This document shows, piece by piece, positions 16,622 to 23,700 of a DNA stretch of 64,000 nucleotides. Position numbers and translations under genes: made by a program. Position 1 is the first letter of the stretch; every line of letters begins with the position of its first letter. The notes below the pieces were generated by a model that had not been told where the DNA came from, made no database searches, and saw only the letters and a list, made by a program, of their open reading frames with translations. The DNA is from Bacillota bacterium (lineage in GTDB: Bacteria > Bacillota > Clostridia > Tissierellales > Tissierellaceae). The stretch spans positions 51,304 through 115,303 of the forward strand of contig JAEWGC010000039.1 of NCBI GenBank assembly GCA_023388495.1. Reading direction: 5' to 3'.

Positions 16622-16650
16622 TTGACATTGGACATAAAGTCCATTATAAT
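16622..16650 (+). promoter_or_regulatory. Consensus sigma-A promoter with an operator in the spacer (P_R-like)
   Basis: TTGACA (16622-16627), a 17-nt spacer and TATAAT (16645-16650). The spacer contains the palindrome TGGACataaaGTCCA (16629-16643). Confidence 0.7.
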
Positions 16651-16661
16651 TAAATTAATGC

Positions 16662-16676
16662 TGGACAATTCGTCCA
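16662..16676. promoter_or_regulatory. Second palindromic operator TGGACaattcGTCCA
   Basis: Same TGGAC-N5-GTCCA dyad, located between the promoter and the Cro-like RBS. A third imperfect site, TGGACgaaatgtgt, starts at ~16599. Confidence 0.6.
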
Positions 16677-16692
16677 ATGTGGAGGCTCGAAA

Positions 16693-16875
16693 TTGAGAGA
16701 TAAGTTAAAGATGCTTAGAAAAACTAAAAATATATCTGTAGAACAGATTGCTGATAAATTAAACATATCTGAATCATTTTATTACAAGATAGAATCAGGA
16801 GATAGAAATCCAACAATAGCTTTAGCAAAAGAAATTTGTAATTTTTTTGGTGTCGATATTGATGAGATTTTTTAA
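16693..16875 (+). CDS. Cro-like small XRE HTH protein
   Basis: 60 aa. LKMLRKTKNISVEQIADKLNISESFYYKIESGDRNPT. TTG start follows GGAGG. Confidence 0.7.
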   Translation: MRDKLKMLRKTKNISVEQIADKLNISESFYYKIESGDRNPTIALAKEICNFFGVDIDEIF

Positions 16876-16988
16876 TAAGAAATAATATTATTTTGATAAG
16901 AACTATTTCCCGATATTTTCTCAAACATTGATTAAGATATTGAAAAAGAAAAGGGAAGTATTTTTTAGAAACAATAATAATAGATAAG

Positions 16989-17027
16989 CTTTGATTTATA
17001 TATGTAGGGCCAATGATCCTCATATTT
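16989..17027. repeat. 39-bp direct repeat, copy 1
   Basis: ctttgatttatatatgtagggccaatgatcctcatattt. It differs at 2 positions from 18339-18377. Confidence 0.8.
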
Positions 17028-17077
17028 TAAGATAATAAAAAACTGCCATATAAGGCAGTGAGTAGAGGTGTTATAAA

Positions 17078-17407
17078 ATGAGAAATATACTATTTAATCT
17101 TTTAAACCCAGATTCTAAGATAATTAATTTAATTGGAGAAATTACTTTTATTTTCCCCACGGTATTATTCCTTGTATTTATAGTACATTATCTTGAGAAT
17201 ATAGAATCAAGACGAATATATAAATTTTTTAAACTACCACAGAATATTAAAGAATATAAAAAGATAAAAAACATTTCTAAGGCACTAGTTGTTATAATAA
17301 TACAAATTTCTATGTTTTCTCTTATTCTACTTATATTGGTGCTTTATTATCTAATATACTATGGAATTTATTTACCTAGATTTTTTGGTGTTCAGTCAAT
17401 TTTATAA
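17078..17407 (+). CDS. Small membrane protein
   Basis: 109 aa with two hydrophobic helices. GAGGTG RBS. Confidence 0.4.
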   Translation: MRNILFNLLNPDSKIINLIGEITFIFPTVLFLVFIVHYLENIESRRIYKFFKLPQNIKEYKKIKNISKALVVIIIQISMFSLILLILVLYYLIYYGIYLPRFFGVQSIL

Positions 17408-18263
17408 GAATGCTAAAAGCATATGCAAGCAATCCCGTGCTTAGTAAAAATAAGGGAATAAAAGACCATTTCCAAAAATCTTTATCTATACTCGATTCTT
17501 TTTTATTTAACCTATTATATATTTTAGACCAAATTCTACTTTTAGGGTTAATAGAAATTTTAACACAAGTTATTATCCATATATAGGATACAAATAATTT
17601 GAAAATTAATATTATAGAAAATACGATGTTTATAGCTATAAAAGCAGCTGTAAATCCTTCATATGGATTATCTGATATAAATCTAATAACTTTAAAAATT
17701 GATATACCATGACTATTAATTAAATTCATAAAAGAACTCATTATAGATGAAAAGCTTATTTTATAAAAAATGATTATATAATTAATAAACATTAGTAACC
17801 AACAAATTATATTTCTAATAGATATTTTTAGTGTATTATCAGGTAAAGTTGCATATCTACTGATTTTAATGAGATTCTTGTACATAAATATGGATAGTAT
17901 TAAAAAGGTAATCGAAATTGTAATTGAATAAGCCAACATTTTACCTACGATTTTATAGAAGAATATTAAAGCCATAAAAAACAAAATGCCTAAAATAATT
18001 AAATGCCAAGAATCATCACTTGTTGTTGAAGTACTACTCATGATGACAGTGTTAGTATTGTAATTATGTTCAGTAAAATTTTGATTGTAAGTATTTTGAT
18101 TATAAGTATTTCCAATACTACTATTGTCAATATTGCTATTCTCAAAAGAAATATTTATATTCTTTGCTTTACTAGAATCAAAAATAGTAGGCAAGAAACC
18201 TAATATCAGGAATATTGTACTTACGATAAATGAATCTAAGTTTCTGGTAAAAAAATTTATCAT
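17376..18263 (-). CDS. Polytopic membrane protein with an Asn-rich extracytoplasmic loop
   Basis: 295 aa with at least 6 hydrophobic helices. AAGGAGG RBS. Confidence 0.5.
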   Translation of the reverse strand: MINFFTRNLDSFIVSTIFLILGFLPTIFDSSKAKNINISFENSNIDNSSIGNTYNQNTYNQNFTEHNYNTNTVIMSSTSTTSDDSWHLIILGILFFMALIFFYKIVGKMLAYSITISITFLILSIFMYKNLIKISRYATLPDNTLKISIRNIICWLLMFINYIIIFYKISFSSIMSSFMNLINSHGISIFKVIRFISDNPYEGFTAAFIAINIVFSIILIFKLFVSYIWIITCVKISINPKSRIWSKIYNRLNKKESSIDKDFWKWSFIPLFLLSTGLLAYAFSILIKLTEHQKI

Positions 18264-18338
18264 GGCAATACCTCCTTAGGGTAAATTTGGCATAATTATA
18301 TATTTTAAATTTCAATATGTCAATGTCCGACAAACAAA

Positions 18339-18377
18339 CTTTGATTTATATATGCAGGGTCAATGATCCTCATATTT
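18339..18377. repeat. 39-bp direct repeat, copy 2
   Basis: ctttgatttatatatgcagggtcaatgatcctcatattt. Confidence 0.8.
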
Positions 18378-18429
18378 AAATATATAAATAAAAGTAGTAC
18401 AAGCACTAAATATGCAATAGTAGATCATT

Positions 18430-18728
18430 GAAAACTAAATACAAAGTAGTTCAAGTACGTTACCCTTGTTGCCGTAATGGAAAAGCAATTAGTGAACGGA
18501 CAAAGTCCATAACAGCACTTAAAATAGATTGGTAATCTTTTTGCGAAAACCAATGAGGGGAAAATAATGATACTTCCATTCAGTCCTAGGTCATCCCATG
18601 GAGAGTGGCTCGGTTTGAGAACGGAGAGTTACTATAGTGTTAGTGGACTTGAAAAATCTACTACAATTATGGTACTATGATATCTACTAACCATAGATAG
18701 CTTGAAAACTTTTTAAATATATAAAAAT
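18430..18728 (+). ncRNA. Candidate structured leader/ncRNA upstream of the alpha-CTD-like gene
   Basis: A ~300-nt non-coding stretch that is G+C-richer than the flanks. Local hairpins include cGGACaaaGTCCa (18497-18509), ttggt..accaa (18529-18553) and tatggt..accata (18668-18694). A terminator hairpin follows. Confidence 0.3.
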
Positions 18729-18772
18729 AATAAATGCACTAGACTAAATTTCTAGTCTATTTATTATTTTTA
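18729..18772 (+). terminator. Terminator/attenuator hairpin 35 nt before the alpha-CTD-like gene
   Basis: aataaat(gcac)tagact-aaatttct-agtcta-atttatt followed by a T-rich tract. Confidence 0.45.
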
Positions 18773-18806
18773 TAGAAATTTTAATATCAATTAATGGAGG
18801 TATAAT

Positions 18807-19214
18807 ATGGAGATTTCTAAAGCAATAGAGATATTAAAACGGCATAGACCTGTAGGTGCAATAAATGTAGGAGAAAAATCAGATAGCGATATAGAAGCAT
18901 TTAATTTAGCAATAGAAATATTAGAAAAACAATTAGAAAAAAACAAGAAACTAGAAAAAGAAATTAACTTAAATATTAAAAAGACAATGAACGCAGAAGG
19001 ATTGGCTGATGTTAATAAAATTAAAATATGGGATGTAGGCTTCAGTGCAAAAACTTATAGCTATCTAAGCAGAGTAAAAATACAAACTTTAGGTGACATA
19101 GCAGAGTTAACAGAAAAGGAACTTTTTGAAATTAGAAATCTAGGGAGAAAATCAATAGAAGAAATAAAAAATGTATTAGAGAATTATGGACTAAAATTGA
19201 GAGAAGAGAAATAA
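18807..19214 (+). CDS. Stand-alone RNA polymerase alpha C-terminal-domain-like (HhH) protein
   Basis: The C-terminal half IWDVGFSAKTYSYLSRVKIQTLGDIAELTEKELFEIRNLGRKSIEEIKNVLENYGLKL matches the RpoA alpha-CTD helix-hairpin-helix signature. The N-terminal 65 aa are unassigned. Confidence 0.6.
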   Translation: MEISKAIEILKRHRPVGAINVGEKSDSDIEAFNLAIEILEKQLEKNKKLEKEINLNIKKTMNAEGLADVNKIKIWDVGFSAKTYSYLSRVKIQTLGDIAELTEKELFEIRNLGRKSIEEIKNVLENYGLKLREEK

Positions 19215-19279
19215 AAATTTAAATACCCTAGTGTTAGATTAAATATAAGGAAGGAAAATTCTATATGAAAGAATTATAT

Positions 19280-19308
19280 TTGACATAAAAACGGGTATTA
19301 AGTATAAT
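19280..19308 (+). promoter_or_regulatory. Consensus sigma-A promoter of the toxI-toxN-like locus
   Basis: TTGACA (19280-19285), 17 nt, then TATAAT (19303-19308). Confidence 0.7.
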
Positions 19309-19334
19309 AATAGTAAAGATAGAGAACTATCATA

Positions 19335-19416
19335 TTAAAGAGCGGTGAACTCCTACCAGTAAGTGGAGGATTAAAAGAGCGGTGAACTCCTACCAGTAAG
19401 TGGAGAATTAAAAGAG
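19335..19416 (+). ncRNA. toxI: Type III antitoxin RNA (ToxI/antiQ-like): 2.25 tandem repeats of 36-37 nt
   Basis: ttaaa(a)gagcggtgaactcctaccagtaagtggag(g/a)a at 19335 and 19371, with a partial third unit at 19408. It lies directly upstream of a ToxN/AbiQ-family ORF. Confidence 0.8.
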
Positions 19417-19418
19417 AT

Positions 19419-19446
19419 GGGAGATAACAATTGTTATCTCCTTTAA
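19419..19446 (+). terminator. Terminator between the antitoxin repeats and the toxin gene
   Basis: Perfect palindrome ggagataacaa/ttgttatctcc followed by TTT. This is the arrangement described for ToxIN loci. Confidence 0.7.
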
Positions 19447-19470
19447 TACTTAGGGGGACTAATATGCAAT

Positions 19471-20034
19471 ATGAAGAAACTAAGGATATATAGAGTAACG
19501 GATGCCTATATAGAATATTTACGCAAATATGATAGTATAAATGTCAAAAAAAATAATAGTGAAAAGAGAGCTTATATAGGTATAGTTTTTCAGATTAATA
19601 ATATAAAGTATTTTGCACCATTGGCTTCTCCTAGACCTAAACATAGTAAAATGAAAGATAATATTGACTTTATTAAAATAAATAATGGTGAACATGGGGC
19701 AATCAATTTAAACAATATGATTCCAATAGCTAATGAAGGAATAATTAATTATAATATTAATAAAGAACCAGATAATGCATACCGTAACTTATTATATCAA
19801 CAGATTAGGTTTATAAATAAAAATGTAGAGAAAATAATTAATAATGCTAATAAACTTTACGAGAAAGTTACAAAATATAATACTTTTTTTAATTCACGTT
19901 GTGCAAATTTTAAACTACTAGAACAAAAATGTTTAGAATATCCAATTTATTTACAATCAATTAAAGAAGTAGCTACTACAGTAGATGAAAACATACATAT
20001 TAATATAGAAGGTCAAGAGGAGCTAGAATTATAG
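19471..20034 (+). CDS. toxN: ToxN/AbiQ-family type III toxin endoribonuclease
   Basis: YRVTDAYIEYLRKYD...AYIGIVFQINNIKYFAPLASPRPKH...INLNNMIP...YRNLLYQQIRFI..N...I parallels the ToxN/AbiQ sequence pattern from memory, and upstream RNA repeats are present. Confidence 0.8.
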   Translation: MKKLRIYRVTDAYIEYLRKYDSINVKKNNSEKRAYIGIVFQINNIKYFAPLASPRPKHSKMKDNIDFIKINNGEHGAINLNNMIPIANEGIINYNINKEPDNAYRNLLYQQIRFINKNVEKIINNANKLYEKVTKYNTFFNSRCANFKLLEQKCLEYPIYLQSIKEVATTVDENIHINIEGQEELEL

Positions 20035-20066
20035 CTTCTTTTTTATTATATAAATAAAAAGTTATA
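20015..20066. repeat. ~52-bp direct repeat, copy A (toxN 3' end, terminator and downstream sequence)
   Basis: aagaggagcta-gaatta-tagcttctttttta-tt-atataaataaaaagttata aligns with 21683-21735. Confidence 0.75.
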
Positions 20067-20078
20067 GGGGGTATTGTG

Positions 20079-20384
20079 ATGGAGTCTTATGTATTAGATA
20101 ATTTAGTTAAATATCACTGCTTTGGATGTGATAAGGAATTTATCTTAAGCGAGTACCAAGTTGGAAATGCAGCTAAAAAGATAATATGCCCTTATTGTCA
20201 TGGACAAGATATAGAGCCATATGTTTTTTTAGATGAAGATGATGATTTATTATATGAATTAGGGTGCATGGGAATAGGACATCATGAAGATCCAGAAGAA
20301 GAAGCAATAGCATTTCAACGAACTTGGGGTCGGATTATAGAATTGAGAATAGAAAGGGAAATAAAAAAGCTTAAAGGAATATAA
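20079..20384 (+). CDS. Small Zn-ribbon protein with an acidic/basic C-terminus
   Basis: CFGC-N21-CPYC four-Cys ribbon. AGGGGG RBS lies 9 nt upstream of ATG 20079. Confidence 0.5.
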   Translation: MESYVLDNLVKYHCFGCDKEFILSEYQVGNAAKKIICPYCHGQDIEPYVFLDEDDDLLYELGCMGIGHHEDPEEEAIAFQRTWGRIIELRIEREIKKLKGI

Positions 20385-20453
20385 CAAATTTACTTGAAAA
20401 GAAGGAATCTTTACTTTTTTATCGAATTATATAATAAGGGATAAAAAGGGACT

Positions 20454-21659
20454 ATGGAAATAATAGATCCACCAAATATAAAAGATAGGGTACAATGTTC
20501 ATTGTGTGGAAGCCCTAACGTATACATTTTTTATATAGTAAATAGAATTAATGATATAAAATTAAATGTGGGATCAGAATGTATTCTTAAATTTCCTAAA
20601 ATAGATAATAGATTACCTGAGGGAATGACATTAAGACAGGTTAAAAATAAAGCCGCTAGAGAATACAACAAGCTAAGGAGATTAGAAACATTTAATCAAA
20701 GGTATCCAAACGCAAAAAACATGTTGTCAAACTGGAGAAAAGAGTATAACAATCTACCTATAATCCTACCTACAAACTTACACAATAGCATAATTGAAAT
20801 ATATGATAGACTAAATCAAATTTTTGATAATTATATAGATGGAAAATGCTCAAATGAGGACTTAAATAAATTTGGAGAACTTATTTCTGAGAGAGAAGCA
20901 TTGATGACTCAAGCAACTGGTTTTATAAAAAAGAATATTCATAATAAGTTTATATTTACAAAGGAAATATATGATTGGATTTTAAACCATAGTATTCATA
21001 AAGAGAGATTAATTAGGATAATAAGAGATAATTCATCTTTACTAAATGCAGAGACCATATCATTTATATATGAAGATAATTTTTTGAATAGTATTCTTGA
21101 AGACTTCAAATTAATGATATTAGATACAAGAATATCTATAGAAAAATTGGAAGAAAGTAATATTTATTTTAAATTTAAAGATAAACAACGTAGATTGGAG
21201 TGTCAATTATATTTATCCAAGGAAGATTTCATGAAATATTATGGAAGCAAAGTAATGGAGAGGACTCCCAAAATAGAAGAGATTGAAATAGTTTCGAAAG
21301 CTAAACTTGTTGCTAGTGAGGATAATTTTAATGAAATTAAAGAAGAATTGAAACAAATATTAAGAGGAAGTAAATTTAGTGTATACCTAGACTTATATAA
21401 TATGAAATACGGTCTAGAGTTTACAAATATAGAAGCAAATATTTTTACTGATAGAATAGATCCTAATACGTTCTTTAATGCTCAAAAAGATAGAATTATA
21501 CTGAGTGGACAGAAGTCTAGAGAAGAGATTTGCGAAGTTATATCATCAATAAAAAACTGGAGACCTTTGAGCGATAAGGTAAAATATGATATTGGAAATA
21601 TAACTAAGAAACCAGAGGATGAAGACTTTAAATCAAGAGAAGAATTATCAGAGGTCTAG
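20454..21659 (+). CDS. Uncharacterised 401-aa protein with an N-terminal Cys4 cluster
   Basis: CSLCGS-N30-GSEC, then a long, mostly helical, K/E/N-rich body. I can recognise no enzymatic motif. Confidence 0.45.
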   Translation: MEIIDPPNIKDRVQCSLCGSPNVYIFYIVNRINDIKLNVGSECILKFPKIDNRLPEGMTLRQVKNKAAREYNKLRRLETFNQRYPNAKNMLSNWRKEYNNLPIILPTNLHNSIIEIYDRLNQIFDNYIDGKCSNEDLNKFGELISEREALMTQATGFIKKNIHNKFIFTKEIYDWILNHSIHKERLIRIIRDNSSLLNAETISFIYEDNFLNSILEDFKLMILDTRISIEKLEESNIYFKFKDKQRRLECQLYLSKEDFMKYYGSKVMERTPKIEEIEIVSKAKLVASEDNFNEIKEELKQILRGSKFSVYLDLYNMKYGLEFTNIEANIFTDRIDPNTFFNAQKDRIILSGQKSREEICEVISSIKNWRPLSDKVKYDIGNITKKPEDEDFKSREELSEV

Positions 21660-21682
21660 ATAAATTAATAGGGAGTTAGATG

Positions 21683-21735
21683 AAGAGGAGCTAAAAAGTT
21701 AGCTTCTTTTTTATTTATACAAATGAAAAAGTTAT
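21683..21735. repeat. ~52-bp direct repeat, copy B
   Basis: aagaggagcta-aaaagt-tagcttctttttta-ttt-atacaaatgaaaaagttatt, including a second copy of the terminator hairpin. Confidence 0.75.
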
Positions 21736-21792
21736 TATTTTGTTGTGAAACAAGCATTATTTCTCATACATATAACTAATGGAGGTGGTGAA

Positions 21793-21921
21793 ATGAAAAA
21801 AAAAGACAAAATTATCGTAGAAGAAAAATTTTCATTTGTAGACGAGGAAAAAAGGAAGAATAAGTTTAATGAGCTTTTTATAAAAGTGATAAAGAAAACT
21901 GAAAAGACAAAGATTGCATAA
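21793..21921 (+). CDS. Small basic protein (42 aa) upstream of the recombinase
   Basis: GGAGGTGGTG RBS then ATG. MKKKDKIIVEEKFSFVDEEKRKNKFNELFIKVIKKTEKTKIA. The 67-aa antisense ORF in the track is low-complexity and lacks an RBS. Confidence 0.35.
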   Translation: MKKKDKIIVEEKFSFVDEEKRKNKFNELFIKVIKKTEKTKIA

Positions 21922-22011
21922 TTATTGATTGAAACCACTTATTTTGTTATAACGAAAAGGTAAGTTCTACTTTATTATTTTGTTAATATGAACTTTCCGT
22001 ACTTGAGTTTC

Positions 22012-22050
22012 AACAAAGGCTACCTTATAATGTTTATAGGAGCCTTTGTT
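22012..22050. other. 10-bp perfect-stem hairpin upstream of the recombinase gene
   Basis: aacaaaggct-N19-agcctttgtt. Confidence 0.4.
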
Positions 22051-22109
22051 ATACTGAGCGTAGGACAAAGTAAGTGGTTATATCTCTTTAGAAGGGAGGT
22101 ATAATCAAG

Positions 22110-23681
22110 TTGAAGGTAGCTATATATTGTAGACTTTCAGATGAAGATGATAACAAGACTAATCCAAATGATGAGTCCGAAAGTATTCAAAATCAAAAAT
22201 CTCTCTTAGAGGGATATGTGATGGCCAATGGTTGGGTGATATATGATTATTATATTGACGATGATTGGTCTGGTGCAGATGCTGATAGGCCAGATTGGAA
22301 TAGGTTATTAAAGGATGCAGAGGAAAGAAAATTTAATATAGTACTATGCAAGAGTCAGTCTAGATTTACCAGGGATATGATTGCAGTTGAGAAATATTTA
22401 CATGGTAAGTTTTTAGAATGGAATGTAAGGTTTATTGGTCTAGTTGATAATGCTGATACCAACAATAAAGGAAATAAAAAACAAAGGCAAATACTAGGTT
22501 TGACCAATGAATGGTACCTAGAGGATATATCTGACAATATAAGGGCTGTATTTGACTCTAAGAGAAAGGCAGGAGAGTTTATAGGGGGATTTGCCACCTA
22601 TGGATATATGAAAGATCCTGAGGACAATGATAAGTTTATAATCGATGAAGAAGCAGCTGAGGTAGTGCGTATGATATATAATTGGTATCTGGAAGGATTT
22701 GGTCCCCAAGCTATCTCAACTAAGCTAAACGATCTTAGGATATTAAATCCTACTATGCATAAGAGAAAAGCAGGGCTTAACTTTAAGATAAGTGTAGAAA
22801 ATACTGGATTTTGGAACAAGACTACTGTTAGAAGGATTTTGAAAAATCCTATGTACTTAGGTCATATGGTACAAGGGAGAAAGAGAAAACTTAGCTATAA
22901 GTCTAAGAAGTTTATTGAGGTACCTGAAGAAGAATGGTTTATTGTAGAAAATACTCATGAACCAATTATTGAAGAGTCAGTGTTTGATGAAGTTCAAAGA
23001 CGTATGGAGAGTAGACCAAGAAGTTCTGGGCTTGGAAAGCCTCATGTATTTGCTAGGAAACTATTATGCTTAGATTGTGGTAGCAATATGAATAGAGGTT
23101 CTAGTAAGAGTAAAAAGGGTGTTAGATTCTCATATTATAGATGTAAACTCTATTTGGAAAGCCCTACAGATGATAAGCAGTGTACTTCTCATTATATTAT
23201 GGCTAGGGATTTAGAAGAAATTATTTTAGCTAAGATAAAGGACTACATAAATAGTTATTTAGATGAAGAGTCTGCAATAAATTCATTAAGTTTGGAAATT
23301 GAAATAGATAATAAAATCAAGTCATTAAAGAAAGAATTAAGCAGAATCCAATCTAATATTAATGAACAAGAAAAAGTTATTGAATCTTTATATATTGATA
23401 AGGTTAAGGGTATAATTACTGATGAGATGTTTATTAATTTTAGCAGAAAGTTTAGTGAAGAAAAAGATGCTAATATACTCAGAAAAAAAGAGATTGAAAA
23501 TAAGATACAACCTCTTATTAAAAAAAACAATGCAAAGGATCAATGGAAGGAGACTTTGCTTAAGTTTACAAGCGTCGATAAACTTTCTCATACCATGGTA
23601 AATGAGTTGATTGATTTTATTGAAATTGGTGAAAAAGATGAAGAAGGTAAAAGAATAATTAGGGTTCATTGGTTGTTCTAG
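22110..23681 (+). CDS. Large serine recombinase (resolvase N-domain, recombinase domain, Zn ribbon and coiled coil)
   Basis: VAIYCRLSDEDD (catalytic Ser region) and QSRFTRD. Cys motif is C..C...YYRC. Long coiled-coil tail. TTG start follows GGGAGG. Confidence 0.9.
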   Translation: MKVAIYCRLSDEDDNKTNPNDESESIQNQKSLLEGYVMANGWVIYDYYIDDDWSGADADRPDWNRLLKDAEERKFNIVLCKSQSRFTRDMIAVEKYLHGKFLEWNVRFIGLVDNADTNNKGNKKQRQILGLTNEWYLEDISDNIRAVFDSKRKAGEFIGGFATYGYMKDPEDNDKFIIDEEAAEVVRMIYNWYLEGFGPQAISTKLNDLRILNPTMHKRKAGLNFKISVENTGFWNKTTVRRILKNPMYLGHMVQGRKRKLSYKSKKFIEVPEEEWFIVENTHEPIIEESVFDEVQRRMESRPRSSGLGKPHVFARKLLCLDCGSNMNRGSSKSKKGVRFSYYRCKLYLESPTDDKQCTSHYIMARDLEEIILAKIKDYINSYLDEESAINSLSLEIEIDNKIKSLKKELSRIQSNINEQEKVIESLYIDKVKGIITDEMFINFSRKFSEEKDANILRKKEIENKIQPLIKKNNAKDQWKETLLKFTSVDKLSHTMVNELIDFIEIGEKDEEGKRIIRVHWLF

Positions 23682-23682
23682 G

Positions 23683-23700
23683 AGTGTGTTAAGAAACACT
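23683..23700. other. Putative attR core with imperfect dyad
   Basis: agtgt-gttaagaa-acact lies between the recombinase stop and the point where the split host gene's reading frame resumes (23693). Confidence 0.35.

Larger units (their letters stand above)
1..23692. mobile_element. Right-hand part (>=23.7 kb) of an integrated ICE/prophage-like element. The right edge is next to a large serine recombinase and the left end lies outside the window.
   Basis: Conjugation and anti-restriction type genes, a CI/Cro-like switch, a toxin-antitoxin locus, a nested transposon and gene remnants. The recombinase stop at 23681 is followed within ~12 nt by the 3' part of a split conserved gene. Conserved core synteny starts immediately to the right. 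Confidence 0.65.

Noticed and set aside
16724-17023. 99-aa minus-strand ORF from the track.
   Set aside because: It overlaps the well-supported Cro-like gene antisense. It is low-complexity (L/I/K/Y-rich) and has no RBS. Only its first 12 codons are repeated at 18339-18377, so the conservation reflects the DNA repeat and not a protein.
18420-18720. cattgaaaact.. and gcttgaaaact.. strings reminiscent of rRNA-operon spacer sequences. The region was considered as an rRNA/tRNA fragment or a known housekeeping RNA (SRP, 6S, RNase P, tmRNA).
   Set aside because: I could find no conserved rRNA, tRNA cloverleaf, SRP or RNase P core sequence. The region is kept only as an unassigned candidate leader.
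19335-19416. Tandem repeats considered as a possible mini-CRISPR array.
   Set aside because: The repeats are contiguous with no spacers, there are only 2.25 units of 36-37 nt, and no cas genes are present. They sit directly upstream of a ToxN/AbiQ-like ORF with an intervening terminator, which is the type III antitoxin layout.
21735-21938. 67-aa minus-strand ORF from the track.
   Set aside because: Phe/Ser-rich low-complexity sequence with no SD. The opposite strand has a strong GGAGGTGG RBS and a 42-aa basic ORF, which is the more plausible (though still weak) gene.
14990-22075. Recurrent GGACAA(A/G) motif seen at 15048-15056, 16128-16136, 18327-18335, 18497-18509 and 22062-22070. It might be a dispersed half-operator of the XRE repressor linking all cargo promoters.
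   Set aside because: A 6-7-nt motif overlapping -35-like GACA sequences is expected by chance at this frequency. Orientation and spacing are inconsistent. It is mentioned only as a testable aside under the NERD/SEC-C finding.
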